Positions 1-9,691 of a stretch of 64,000 bases of DNA are shown piece by piece. The DNA is from a virus, in the IMG/VR virus record IMGVR_UViG_3300037087_000181, positions 1 through 64,000 of that record; one strand, written 5' to 3'. A program made the translations under genes and the position numbers. Each line of letters opens with the position of its first letter. Position 1 is the first letter of the stretch. The notes under the pieces were generated by a model. It had not been told where the DNA came from and did no database searches. It worked only from the letters and a program-made list of their open reading frames with translations.

Positions 1-360
1 AATGTTAGCCCCAATGTTAGCCTCAATGTTAGCCCGAAGGTTATCCACAATGTTAGCCCCAATGTTAGCCACAATGTTAGCCCCAATGTTAGCCCCAATG
101 TTAGCCCGAATGTTAGCCCGAATGTTATCCCCAATGTTAGCCACAATGTTATCCACAATGTTATCCACAATGTTAGCCCGAATGTTAGCCCCAATGTTAG
201 CCCGAAGGTTATCCACAATGTTAGCCCGAATGTTAGCCCGAATGTTATCCACAATGTTATCCACAATGTTATCCACAATGTTAGCCCGAATGTTAGCCCG
301 AATGTTAGCCCCAATGTTAGCCTCAATGTTAGCCCGAAGGTTAGCCCGAATGTTATCCCC
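1..360. repeat. 12-bp tandem repeat, 30 units (aatgttagccNN / aatgttatccac)
   Basis: Directly visible; coding on minus strand. Confidence 0.95.
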
Positions 361-594
361 AGTGTTGGGAATATTTTTCAGGATATTAATAACCATTTGA
401 ACCATCATTGGCGAATCGCAATACCAAACGATGGGCTTTTGAAATCCTAATCGCCCATACATCCACTCAATTTGTTTTTCTAATAGTGGCTTATTTAAAA
501 CGCCTTTGTTTTTAAAGAACTGATCGAGCCATTTTTGTCTAACTATTGGAATCAAATCTTCTTGTTCTTTTGTTAATGATTCAAGTTTTTTCAT
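1..594 (-). CDS. DUF6745-like protein with tetrapeptide repeats (partial, runs off left edge)
   Basis: Not in ORF track. ATG at 594 reads MKKLESLTKEQEDLIPIVRQKWLDQFF...KPIVWYCDSP then (R/G/V/E)(A/D)N(I/L) repeats; consensus promoter at 617-648. Confidence 0.8.
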   Translation of the reverse strand, partial: MKKLESLTKEQEDLIPIVRQKWLDQFFKNKGVLNKPLLEKQIEWMYGRLGFQKPIVWYCDSPMMVQMVINILKNIPNTGDNIRANLRANIEANIGANIRANIRANIVDNIVDNIVDNIRANIRANIVDNLRANIGANIRANIVDNIVDNIVANIGDNIRANIRANIGANIGANIVANIGANIVDNLRANIEANIGANI

Positions 595-616
595 AGTTTT
601 ATTTTAAATAATGTTT

Positions 617-648
617 CAAATGTAAATCAAATTATTTTAATAAGCAAA
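617..648 (-). promoter_or_regulatory. Bacteroidota sigma-A promoter (TTTG-N20-TACATTTG)
   Basis: Matches -33/-7 consensus upstream of ATG 594. Confidence 0.75.
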
Positions 649-649
649 T

Positions 650-1177
650 TTATTCGTCTATTTCTTTATCAAAAAGATTTATATTCTTGGTTTGTTTGTT
701 TAATTCTTTATCATATGCTTGTAGGGATTTGTTCTTTAGGCGGATTAAGAAATCCGAATACCAAGAAGTGGCCTTCATTTGTTCGAGTGTTGCCCTATGC
801 CAGAAAAGATGTCCATCATTTTCATTATTCTCTGCGGGGACTAATAAATTTTTATCTAAATAATAGTCACCAGTTCTACCCAGTAAATGATGCCATGTAA
901 CCCGTCCTTTAATCTCAAGCCCCGTAAAAAAATCGAATATTTTCCCATTATTTTTTTCTCTTAATTCCTGTTCGAGCTGTTTACATCCCTTAGAATAATA
1001 AATATGCTCTTTTTTACGTTTAACTGATTCCTTGGGAGGTTTATCTTGTTTTAACCTAGGCGGTTTACGTTTAAACAGATCACCCCCCTGCATATACCTT
1101 GTATACCCATGATACTTGCATATACCCCCGCCAAAGACAGGATTATTACAACCGTCAATTTTACAGGTGTGTGGCAT
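650..1177 (-). CDS. Zn-finger plus HNH-like nuclease protein
   Basis: CKIDGC..GICKYH finger; TWHHLLGR...GH. Confidence 0.5.
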   Translation of the reverse strand: MPHTCKIDGCNNPVFGGGICKYHGYTRYMQGGDLFKRKPPRLKQDKPPKESVKRKKEHIYYSKGCKQLEQELREKNNGKIFDFFTGLEIKGRVTWHHLLGRTGDYYLDKNLLVPAENNENDGHLFWHRATLEQMKATSWYSDFLIRLKNKSLQAYDKELNKQTKNINLFDKEIDE

Positions 1178-1280
1178 TTACCAGGAATGAGTTAACATGG
1201 TATAGACTATCCACCCAAACCAGGCAATAGTTATGGTTAACCAGAACAATAATTCCTTATCTTTAAATAGTATTTTCATA

Positions 1281-1532
1281 TTACCATCTCCCTCCTATTT
1301 TCATATTACGATATAATTCCCAAAAAACAATTCTCTCTGTTTTGGGTATGTCTGCATCAAACATAGCTCTTGCGAGGCTAATTTTACGCCCCGTGTTTTT
1401 ACAAAACCGATCGGTATGGGCTAATAAAGCCTGACCTTCACCTATAATACCGTTATCATCCAATATTTGACATTGAGTGATTTGTTTTGTCGGCGTGTAT
1501 CGCCATTTTATTGAATAACTTCCCGCTTTCAT
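1281..1532 (-). CDS. hypothetical phage protein
   Basis: ORF; DRFCKNTGRKISLARA motif common in phage proteins. Confidence 0.65.
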   Translation of the reverse strand: MKAGSYSIKWRYTPTKQITQCQILDDNGIIGEGQALLAHTDRFCKNTGRKISLARAMFDADIPKTERIVFWELYRNMKIGGRW

Positions 1533-1557
1533 TGTTGTATGAATTTAAATTTTACCA

Positions 1558-1716
1558 CTATGAATTACAAATTAAATATGCCCCTGCTGCGGGGATGGCA
1601 ATAAAGTATGTTAAAAGCCATAAGGAGTTTTCTGTTATCGCAAAAACAATAGCGGGCATTGCCAAAAATATCAACCCGCAGAATAATGTTAAAAAAATTT
1701 TAATAAATTCTTTCAT
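1558..1716 (-). CDS. small two-TM membrane protein (52 aa)
   Basis: Manual translation MKEFIKIFLTLFCGLIFLAMPAIVFA... Confidence 0.55.
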   Translation of the reverse strand: MKEFIKIFLTLFCGLIFLAMPAIVFAITENSLWLLTYFIAIPAAGAYLICNS

Positions 1717-1731
1717 ATTATTGAGTTTTAG

Positions 1732-2061
1732 TTATATGAATTTAAAAGTAAAAAACCCTGTTTCGTTAAAGTAAATCTTTTCTTCTTTATCGAGCACATC
1801 CATTGCCATATCAAAAGCCACCTGTGCAATAAACGTATGAAAATAATCATCACAATCACTTATTTGTGGTTCTGATCCAACCCATATTTTATACCTCCGC
1901 CAAAAAGAAAGCAAAGATATATTAGTGAGTTTTTTACTTGCATGTATTATTGCTTTTTGTCCTTGCTTCTCAAAATTTGTTGGTATATATGAATACAATT
2001 CCCACTTATCCTTATTTTTAAGTAAGGACTTTAGAAGTTTTATGGCTTTATAATCACTCAT
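1732..2061 (-). CDS. hypothetical protein
   Basis: ORF track 1732..2169; start re-called at MSDYK. Confidence 0.55.
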   Translation of the reverse strand: MSDYKAIKLLKSLLKNKDKWELYSYIPTNFEKQGQKAIIHASKKLTNISLLSFWRRYKIWVGSEPQISDCDDYFHTFIAQVAFDMAMDVLDKEEKIYFNETGFFTFKFI

Positions 2062-2177
2062 TATAGTGTTGTTATTATTAATGTACGTCATATATGGCAT
2101 GGTATGTCTTTTGTGGGGGATTACCCCCGAAAGGAACGTTTGTCTGTATATGGGGCATATATGGAACATACGTATCC

Positions 2178-2459
2178 TTAAATATTGTTATACCTCATCT
2201 CCGCATTCTTTTCTTCCCGATAACACCATGCCGTAACACCGAAATCTTCGTTTCCGGGATAGACTTCTCGTCTTGGATAGGTTTTACCAAATACCTGTCC
2301 TTCCCCTTTTATCTTTACCCGAAATACTTCCCATATATTATCCCATCGGTAGTATATCGCCTTATCTTCTGTTCTTTTTATAAGTTTTGCTGTTAATAAG
2401 GGGATACCTGTTCCCGATATTTCTACCAATTCAGGTAGTTTATCATAATTTGTTTTCAT
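2178..2459 (-). CDS. hypothetical protein
   Basis: ORF in tightly packed run. Confidence 0.7.
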   Translation of the reverse strand: MKTNYDKLPELVEISGTGIPLLTAKLIKRTEDKAIYYRWDNIWEVFRVKIKGEGQVFGKTYPRREVYPGNEDFGVTAWCYREEKNAEMRYNNI

Positions 2460-2461
2460 AA

Positions 2462-2650
2462 TTAGTTAATTATTAAATAATATATCCAGTTAACGATGGA
2501 CGTTACCCCAAAGATAAATGTTAAAAACAAGGCAAACCCCACAACGATTATCATCGCCAGGAAAGGACTATCATAATTGTGTGATTCCATGTATTGCTTT
2601 TTAGCCTCCCCATTAATTTCTGAATTATAGAATCCTGTATCTGTTGTCAT
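2462..2650 (-). CDS. small membrane protein
   Basis: C-terminal TM; promoter at 2668-2699. Confidence 0.6.
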   Translation of the reverse strand: MTTDTGFYNSEINGEAKKQYMESHNYDSPFLAMIIVVGFALFLTFIFGVTSIVNWIYYLIIN

Positions 2651-2715
2651 AATGTTGAATTTAAGTTCAAATTTATGTTATTTTTTTGTTAAAAGCAAAT
2701 ATTTGTTAATAATTA

Positions 2716-3222
2716 TTATTTATAATCATTAATAGGTAAAAATATTCCCACTGTCAGGCTTATACCTTTTGTAAAAGTTCTAAAATTTGCTGGCGCTTTA
2801 TGAAATATTATATCAGTGCCTGCCGTAGTACCAATATAATTATATCTTTGTCCATTCGCTATATTATAACTTACATCAAATAAACTATACCTTAAAAAAG
2901 CATAATCGAGTATATAACCATACCATTTATGTTTATTATAGGTCATTATAAACGGACTTACAACCAACGTACCAATACTTAAAGCATTACAGGCGTGTCC
3001 TAACTGTTTATGGTGATTATTATTTAAACCGTCACCGACACCATTAAGAATTATTGAGGTACTATAAATGAGTATTGTCTTTAATGCCTCGTTATTATGT
3101 ACTTTAGCCGGTTTGTAATCAGATTTGAATTTAGTCTGGTAATCTAACCCGACTGTTGAAGATTGTCCAAATATTGCTATCGTAAATAACAATATTAATA
3201 ACATTGTAATTAATGTTTTCAT
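2716..3222 (-). CDS. exported/membrane protein
   Basis: Signal peptide MKTLITMLLILLFTIAIFG. Confidence 0.65.
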   Translation of the reverse strand: MKTLITMLLILLFTIAIFGQSSTVGLDYQTKFKSDYKPAKVHNNEALKTILIYSTSIILNGVGDGLNNNHHKQLGHACNALSIGTLVVSPFIMTYNKHKWYGYILDYAFLRYSLFDVSYNIANGQRYNYIGTTAGTDIIFHKAPANFRTFTKGISLTVGIFLPINDYK

Positions 3223-3255
3223 AATTCTTGTTTTTAGTTAAAATTAAAATGCTTT

Positions 3256-3426
3256 TTATACGTCCTTTTCAAGTTTTTCAATCAATTTTTCAAGGATACA
3301 TTGACTGGGATACGGGCAATCAGTTTTTACATGCTGTCTCTTGTTATTAATAACATCAACAACCCATTTTTCAATATCGGCTGCAATTTTATCCAGTTCT
3401 GGATATTCATCTTCTGAAAGTTTCAT
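3256..3426 (-). CDS. small hypothetical protein (56 aa)
   Basis: Manual translation MKLSEDEYPELDKIAADIEKW... Confidence 0.55.
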   Translation of the reverse strand: MKLSEDEYPELDKIAADIEKWVVDVINNKRQHVKTDCPYPSQCILEKLIEKLEKDV

Positions 3427-3463
3427 AATAATAAATATTAAAAGGTTAATAAATAATTTTTAG

Positions 3464-3610
3464 TTATGCTGTTTGTTTAAAACAACGTGCCTGTAATTTT
3501 ATGGCCAATGCCGCACGAAAGTCCAAAACTTCCCTTAAGGATAGGCCGTAATTATATTCAATCCAATTGTCTGATACTTTCATTGTGATATTTAACTTAA
3601 AAGTTTTCAT
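3464..3610 (-). CDS. small hypothetical protein (48 aa)
   Basis: Manual translation MKTFKLNITMK..., preceded by repeated leader. Confidence 0.5.
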   Translation of the reverse strand: MKTFKLNITMKVSDNWIEYNYGLSLREVLDFRAALAIKLQARCFKQTA

Positions 3611-3645
3611 GGTTTATAGTGTTAATTGGTTAATAAATTGGTTCA

Positions 3646-3834
3646 CTAAAAAACTGATACAATAATACAATACAAAACAGAAATAGACAGGTAAGTAATT
3701 AAGATTACTGTACCCGACTGTTTTTTATTTAATCTGATCTTTGGTAAATTGAGCATTTTAATGAATGCCCGGCAAAGTTCAAAAATACAATAGATAACAA
3801 ACAAAACTAAAATAGTAATAAAAATTGTTTTCAT
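3646..3834 (-). CDS. two-TM membrane protein
   Basis: ORF, hydrophobic segments. Confidence 0.6.
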   Translation of the reverse strand: MKTIFITILVLFVIYCIFELCRAFIKMLNLPKIRLNKKQSGTVILITYLSISVLYCIIVSVF

Positions 3835-3930
3835 GGTTAATTGTTTTTATGGTTATAATAATTAATGTTATCTTTGTGCCGACATACTCACACCGCTTCC
3901 CGGTAGAACAGCGCGCTCAGTGTGAGTTTT

Positions 3931-4206
3931 TTATTCTTCAAATTTCAAACTCCATTTTTCAAATAATATCATAAGTTTCTTATTTGCGGGTGCAAAGGTT
4001 TTCGATGAATGAATTAATTTTCCGTTAAACCATATTTTAAAACCATCAACATAAGATGGATGAAAAAAAGAATTTGTGCTAGTATAGTAAATTTCCCCGC
4101 CTCTGTAGTCATCATGCTGGTTCTTAATACAATCAACATCATTATCAAATTTAATTGTTTCACCTTGTAAAAGTCTTTTTTTAATATCGCCCTGTAAAGT
4201 TTTCAT
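3931..4206 (-). CDS. hypothetical early protein
   Basis: ORF with repeated leader. Confidence 0.7.
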   Translation of the reverse strand: MKTLQGDIKKRLLQGETIKFDNDVDCIKNQHDDYRGGEIYYTSTNSFFHPSYVDGFKIWFNGKLIHSSKTFAPANKKLMILFEKWSLKFEE

Positions 4207-4231
4207 GGTTTATAGTGTTAATTGGTTAATA

Positions 4232-4456
4232 TTAGAGTAAATATGTTCTATTGGTTGACTCGGTTTCAATGCGTGCAACTCTTAAATCAATACATACGGC
4301 CTTATTTCTACCATAGTATGACTCGAATGCGGTCCCAATAGAACTAAATGTATTAATATACTTCTCATTTTTACATAGTCTAACTGTGCCGTCTGTATTC
4401 TGATCAAAATAAAAACTATCATTTCCTGATTGAATAGTTAATACTGTTGTTTCCAT
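4232..4456 (-). CDS. hypothetical early protein
   Basis: Start re-called at METTVL; promoter TTTG-N20-TATCTTTA at 4488-4519. Confidence 0.65.
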   Translation of the reverse strand: METTVLTIQSGNDSFYFDQNTDGTVRLCKNEKYINTFSSIGTAFESYYGRNKAVCIDLRVARIETESTNRTYLL

Positions 4457-4774
4457 TGCTTTATAATTTTGGTTAATAATTATAGAGTAAAGATAAACCA
4501 CAAAACAAGGCAATGCAAACAAATAGCAATAAATAAGTAATGCAATTAAGCATTATCACAAAATAATAACAGGAAATGCCCGCAAATGTTAAAAAGGTCT
4601 TAAACCGAATAAAAACCTTATCATTAAATCAATCAGGTTAAACGATTACACACAAGACAATAGTAAACTATAGGGATAAAATAGACTGTCTTAAAACGCA
4701 CATAATTACGTTAGGCACATATAATGGACGTTTGCGAATGCTAAAAAAGGGTAATATTCAGGTAATTATGCCCG

Positions 4775-5134
4775 CTAAAGCTCAATATTATACTTACTAC
4801 AAAACAAAACTAACTCCTTATCATAACTTTCATTGAGTTCTTTAATAACCCGTAAGCCCGCTAAAGATATACTATATCTTAAATATTTATTATAACTATC
4901 AACCTGTACTAAATAACCCCTATCAATCAATACCCTTATATAGTACTTCATTCGCTTATCATTAAAGAAAGGAATAAACCTTAATAGATTAGTGCCTGTG
5001 AAAGGTTTATTAATTGCCTGACTGTAGCAATATGCACCTACAAGGCAAAGAAGAGAATTAACTGATAGTTTGTACTTATAGCGTGCAGGCCTGCACACTT
5101 TGAACCAAAGAACATGATTGTAGTATTGTAACAT
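4775..5134 (-). CDS. winged-helix DNA-binding protein (MarR-like)
   Basis: YIRVLIDRGYL...YSISLAGLRVIKEL wing pattern. Confidence 0.55.
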   Translation of the reverse strand: MLQYYNHVLWFKVCRPARYKYKLSVNSLLCLVGAYCYSQAINKPFTGTNLLRFIPFFNDKRMKYYIRVLIDRGYLVQVDSYNKYLRYSISLAGLRVIKELNESYDKELVLFCSKYNIEL

Positions 5135-5499
5135 ACATATATAAGATGCTTATATATACAAGGAGATTATACGTGGTTCGTTATTAATATGCCTGTCTGT
5201 TTGTTTATACATTGTATATACATACACCCATGCACATGGCACAGTCTTACATATGGCATGTTATTATACTCTACTATATGCCTTATTGTTATGCTTTTTA
5301 ATGTATTATTCATGCCTTATTGATATTCAGCCTATTATATTGTATTATATAGTTGCGTCTGTAATGACTCAACAGTTTTTATCTTAACTGACATAAAAAC
5401 AATACTTTCCGAGTGCCGGTGGGGTCGACAAAACAAGACAAACCACAGGAGGATAGCCCCCTTAAATTATCGTTGACTCCCATCATACTTTTTTGTTTG

Positions 5500-5685
5500 T
5501 CATTTGTGTGCTGATTCTATTGGTGTTGCTACAATCAGGTAACCATTAAAGACCGCACGTTCTTTTAATGAAGCGAGTGTGTTTCTATTCACGCCTACGA
5601 TCTTTGCCACTGTTGTTTTACAAGAGCAAAGGCGTATTTTGAAGTCATTTAAGTTAATCACAATATAATAGTTTTTGTTTTTCAT
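5500..5685 (-). CDS. small HTH protein
   Basis: TTVAKIVGVNRNTL. Confidence 0.6.
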   Translation of the reverse strand: MKNKNYYIVINLNDFKIRLCSCKTTVAKIVGVNRNTLASLKERAVFNGYLIVATPIESAHK

Positions 5686-5744
5686 TTATATTTGGGCATT
5701 CTTGCGGGAATTCTGCATACCGTACTATGCAAAGGTAGTACTTT

Positions 5745-6503
5745 TTATTTAGTCAATTTGTCACGCATCCATTTATTAAAATAATCAACTGCATCTTTTT
5801 TATTATCTTGAAGAAATTTGAAATTTGCTATAACGCATTTTATTTCTTCACCAGAAACATCCGTCACAGTCTCCTTCTGGAATTGGCTGGCATATCGCTC
5901 TATTGCCTTAATTAATCCTTTTTTATTAGATATTATATATTCAGCATAATCCCTGTTAATTTGAGTACAATACTTATTAAATATTTCCTTTGCCCCGATC
6001 TTTTCAGTAATTGATTGATTAGCATTCTTACGATCATCTTCCTCCTCTTTAAGTAAATCTTCAGCAAAATAATTAACACCAACTATTCGTTCTTCATCCG
6101 TCACTTCTTCCCCGATTTTCCCAGGAGTTGATTGATCAGCATATTTTTTAAGATACTGATTAATTAAATATTCTTTTCCCTGCTCTTCATTGTGATAAAC
6201 AATATCAAGTGTTTCATTTTCTAAAAAGTTCATAAAGTTTTTAAGTATTTCTTCCGCCCCGGGTTTTATAATCTCTGCACAACAAAGATCAGATATTCTA
6301 GTGAAATCAGATTTAACATAATCATTTGGTAAATCTTTTTCCTTCTGTTCTGGCTGAAAGGATACAACAAGTGCTGCAAGTTCGGCATCAAGTTTGTTTT
6401 TTATAGTAATCCATTCTTGCTTATTTTTAGTAGTTGCTTTACTTTCCTTATAATGAGAAAGTAATTCTTTCAGTTTTTCAATTTTCTGTTCAAGTGTGTT
6501 CAT
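5745..6503 (-). CDS. modular hypothetical protein
   Basis: ORF with repeated TDEE/GAEEI modules. Confidence 0.7.
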   Translation of the reverse strand: MNTLEQKIEKLKELLSHYKESKATTKNKQEWITIKNKLDAELAALVVSFQPEQKEKDLPNDYVKSDFTRISDLCCAEIIKPGAEEILKNFMNFLENETLDIVYHNEEQGKEYLINQYLKKYADQSTPGKIGEEVTDEERIVGVNYFAEDLLKEEEDDRKNANQSITEKIGAKEIFNKYCTQINRDYAEYIISNKKGLIKAIERYASQFQKETVTDVSGEEIKCVIANFKFLQDNKKDAVDYFNKWMRDKLTK

Positions 6504-6505
6504 GG

Positions 6506-6841
6506 TTATTTAATTTTAGTCAATTTGTCACGCATCCATTTTGCGCCTTGACAAAATCCGAATACTTTAGGTCTATTTTGTTCATCCCCATATATATTTG
6601 TACTTTTTGCACTTTCAAACGGATAGTATCTTTCAGCCTCTTTTAAAATTTCTTCATCAGTGATCTCCTTTTGACTATCATCAATTGTTTCTGTTACTAT
6701 AACAGTTTTTGCGCCATTACAGACGGGACATGCGATTGTTAAAGGAGCTGTTATTGTACTGCCTTTTATCATCTGATTCGGGACAATTCCTGTTGCTCCG
6801 CACCAAGTACAACAGGATAAATAAGTTCGTGTTGTTTTCAT
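6506..6841 (-). CDS. DnaJ-type Zn-finger-containing hypothetical protein
   Basis: CTWCGATG...CPVCNGAK. Confidence 0.7.
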   Translation of the reverse strand: MKTTRTYLSCCTWCGATGIVPNQMIKGSTITAPLTIACPVCNGAKTVIVTETIDDSQKEITDEEILKEAERYYPFESAKSTNIYGDEQNRPKVFGFCQGAKWMRDKLTKIK

Positions 6842-6856
6842 AGTCTATGAGTTTAC

Positions 6857-7024
6857 TTATTTATCTTTTTCTATTGGACATCCAGATACTTCATTTATAC
6901 GGCAATAGTAATGACCGGGAGTATTACAATCACTAATAACAAGACACTTCCTGTTTTTACATTTAGTCTCAATTGCATAAACTTTTACCATTTTGCCATT
7001 TATTCGTTTTTTAATATATGCCAT
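6857..7024 (-). CDS. small Cys-rich protein (55 aa)
   Basis: Manual translation MAYIKKRINGK...CKNRKC..C..C..C. Confidence 0.55.
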   Translation of the reverse strand: MAYIKKRINGKMVKVYAIETKCKNRKCLVISDCNTPGHYYCRINEVSGCPIEKDK

Positions 7025-7042
7025 AGTCTATGAGTTTATTGG

Positions 7043-7222
7043 TTATTCCTTAAATCTCAAATCCTCATATTCTGGATGAATAAAATAATAACAATTAGTA
7101 TGACTGCCCCTCATTTGCTCAGTACCATTTTCATCTACAACCTTATATGTAGAGATTGCAGTAGTTTGTCCTTGTCCATCGTAAACAGGTTCAATTCTTA
7201 ATTTTTCATAATTTGTTGCCAT
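7043..7222 (-). CDS. small hypothetical protein (59 aa)
   Basis: Manual translation MATNYEKLRIEPVYDG... Confidence 0.6.
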   Translation of the reverse strand: MATNYEKLRIEPVYDGQGQTTAISTYKVVDENGTEQMRGSHTNCYYFIHPEYEDLRFKE

Positions 7223-7292
7223 TTTTAAAATTATTAGTAATATTTATTTATTAATTATCTTCAAACGGAACTTTATCCCTAATCTTAGAAAC

Positions 7293-7382
7293 TCACAAAC
7301 AAATTGGTCTTGTCAGCGGATCAGCCTTCCCCTATTTACCATATTCCCATGGAGGGTCTATTACTATGGTTTTATATTTCAT
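7293..7382 (-). pseudogene. remnant of MT-A70-type N6-adenine methyltransferase
   Basis: MKYKTIVIDPPWEYGK then in-frame TAG (7332-7334); rest of domain absent. Confidence 0.65.
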
Positions 7383-7387
7383 AATAA

Positions 7388-7672
7388 TTAATCAGGAACA
7401 TAATCCATAACTCGACCAACTGATTGTGTCCCCTCTACTAATTCACATGTTGAGTTAGTAGTAATAACCATATGATGAGGATGATATTTCAATCCATTAC
7501 CTAAATGTTTCATCATAACACGAGCAACCTCTTCAAAATCTGCCTCTTTTTCAAGTTTTCTAATTAAATCAAGTGCAAAATCAATTCCTGCTAAATACTC
7601 ATCTCCATCAGAAATCTTCTTGTCAAACTCGATTTCTAATTCGTCAATAATTTTGTCTGTTAATGCTTTCAT
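7388..7672 (-). CDS. hypothetical protein
   Basis: ORF. Confidence 0.7.
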   Translation of the reverse strand: MKALTDKIIDELEIEFDKKISDGDEYLAGIDFALDLIRKLEKEADFEEVARVMMKHLGNGLKYHPHHMVITTNSTCELVEGTQSVGRVMDYVPD

Positions 7673-7773
7673 TTTTAATTGTTTTAAATGTTAATACTTC
7701 AAACAAGTCAGTTTATGACAAACCATCTTTGATTTCCTGGTTATCAGATTCATAGTCTTGCTTTTAAATATTT

Positions 7774-7983
7774 TCATTGTAAGCAAATATAGGGCAGGCA
7801 ATGGCAATTATTAGACTTTTCAAAATCATGTATCTGATCATAGGTTGCATCATTAAGCACATAGGTAATCTCTAATACAATGGGACAGGGGACATAAATA
7901 GTCACATATCCTGTGCAGGCAAAATCATACTTGTCTTTTTGACAAGCGTAGAAAATAAGTAAAAGGAAGATCAGTTTTTTCAT
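7774..7983 (-). CDS. small lipoprotein
   Basis: MKKLIFLLLIFYA-CQKDK lipobox-like; own promoter at 7999-8030. Confidence 0.65.
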   Translation of the reverse strand: MKKLIFLLLIFYACQKDKYDFACTGYVTIYVPCPIVLEITYVLNDATYDQIHDFEKSNNCHCLPYICLQ

Positions 7984-8061
7984 AGTTCTAATTTCTGCCA
8001 AAGATAAATCGAATAAGTGAGAAAAACAAATTTATAGGGATTATTTTTACTTTACCGGGCG

Positions 8062-8892
8062 TTATGTGTAATAAACATCTTTTAAACTATCCGAGAAAAA
8101 CATTGCGGCAGATGATACCCCGCATTGTTTACAGATAAGATAATCACACTTACTAAGGAGTAATGCTTGTATAAGACATTCCTCACCAAGTAGTTGTCTA
8201 TGGTTTGGCCTTCTGTCTGCAATGATGGCCCAGAGATTATACTTATTCATATACTCAAGTGTCTCGTCTGTGCGCCTGAATACGTTCTTTAGATAGAATA
8301 TGTTGTTGAACCACGTGTCAAACGATGGTAAGTAATGACTATCCTCCGTTACCACAAATATCTTGTCAATTTCTTTGTTGTCGTATAATACTTCTTTTGT
8401 CTTGCGTAACCAATCGTCCAATTGCTGATTGCCATATTCAGGATGTCCTGCATTAAGCTCACAACCCCTTGCCATAACACCAAGAACCGTCCTACCTTTA
8501 AACTCTTTTTCGTATATTTCGTCTACCTTATCAAGTATATGTTGTTTGATCTTTACGTGGTTTTTAAATACATCCCTGAACTCCGGCACGTCTGCCCTTT
8601 TCCATATCTTAGTGTGGTGCATGAATATTAGATGATCAAGTTCTACTTTAGCTACATTGTCATCTTTTGCTATCGGACGTTGATCGAACCACCAGTCCCA
8701 TGGGTTTTCTGCGTTACGGGGTGCTCTTGCATCCGTGAATGGATTATACCTATTAGCCCATGCGGTATGAGTGCAGTCAACGTAGGGTTCTAATCCTTGT
8801 TCCGTCGCCACCTTAATGTGGTCAAGAATACGAAAAAAGTTACTGAAGAACCCATAACCATAACTCGGTAGTCTTATGTAACCTCTGTTCAT
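8062..8892 (-). CDS. NodZ/GT23-like fucosyltransferase
   Basis: GFFSNF, LGVMARG, IFVVTED, ALLLSKCDYLI motifs. Confidence 0.75.
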   Translation of the reverse strand: MNRGYIRLPSYGYGFFSNFFRILDHIKVATEQGLEPYVDCTHTAWANRYNPFTDARAPRNAENPWDWWFDQRPIAKDDNVAKVELDHLIFMHHTKIWKRADVPEFRDVFKNHVKIKQHILDKVDEIYEKEFKGRTVLGVMARGCELNAGHPEYGNQQLDDWLRKTKEVLYDNKEIDKIFVVTEDSHYLPSFDTWFNNIFYLKNVFRRTDETLEYMNKYNLWAIIADRRPNHRQLLGEECLIQALLLSKCDYLICKQCGVSSAAMFFSDSLKDVYYT

Positions 8893-9689
8893 AATAGTTT
8901 AAGTATTGTTTCCTTTAGCAAGTTTTCCCAGTTAACATATTGCAATGCTCTTTGAAAATTTTCTTCGATTGCGATAGTGTATGCAAAATATGAGTTGGGG
9001 GTGCTTTGATTACACCATTTTATTACTTCATCAACCGTATCTGCAATACAAATTCCATTTGCGTTAAAATATCTATCAATATTAGGACAGCCAATATAGA
9101 CCGGAATCGTTCTTGTTAAAAAGCAATCGAGTATCTTCTCGGAAAAGTAGTTTGGAATGCTTGTGTTTTCTATGCAGACGTGGAACATACAATCGAACAT
9201 ATCATTTTTTGAGTATCTTTCATCACCCAAGATTAGTTCATGGCTTATATCGACTCCCGTGGGTCTATACGTATGACTTAAATAGAAGTCTTTAGGTATT
9301 GCTATTTCTTCTCTGCGTCTCCAGAGTTCATGTCGCTTGGTATATCCTTCAAAAACAAGATTATTTTTTGCACCCACCACCGTAGATACCGCAAATTTCT
9401 TCTCATAAGGTTTGTCGTATGTCACCCATGCGTATATTCCACGAAAGAATACAGCCTTCGGATTAATGTTAAGAACGTCCTGCAAAAAAGTAAATACATA
9501 AGTATAACACTCAGGATGATCTCTTACATCATCATAGATACAACAGATAGGTTCATCCATAACAACTATACGAATCGTATTATCAGGAACCCGACTAAAA
9601 TCAAACTTATCTATAAGTATCTCTATCCTTTTGTCGGATTCAATCTCAATCGGAAATCCCCACGGTGCTTCGTTGCGTACTACTGGCAT
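8889..9689 (-). CDS. GT10 alpha-1,3-fucosyltransferase-like
   Basis: FHVCIENTSIPNYFSEKILDCFLTRTIPVYIG signature. Confidence 0.85.
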   Translation of the reverse strand: MPVVRNEAPWGFPIEIESDKRIEILIDKFDFSRVPDNTIRIVVMDEPICCIYDDVRDHPECYTYVFTFLQDVLNINPKAVFFRGIYAWVTYDKPYEKKFAVSTVVGAKNNLVFEGYTKRHELWRRREEIAIPKDFYLSHTYRPTGVDISHELILGDERYSKNDMFDCMFHVCIENTSIPNYFSEKILDCFLTRTIPVYIGCPNIDRYFNANGICIADTVDEVIKWCNQSTPNSYFAYTIAIEENFQRALQYVNWENLLKETILKLL

Positions 9690-9691
9690 AA

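Noticed and set aside
1-360. CRISPR or guide-RNA array
   Set aside because: Contiguous 12-bp units without unique spacers; in-frame coding; no cas genes
2-400. Plus-strand MLAP-repeat ORF
   Set aside because: Shadow of the minus-strand gene, which has a promoter, a start codon and a recognisable N-terminus
7332-7334. TAG stop-codon reassignment as in some crAss-like phages
   Set aside because: Long genes are intact in code 11, TAG ends real genes (e.g. capsid), and there is no suppressor tRNA; read-through hits TGA 13 codons later
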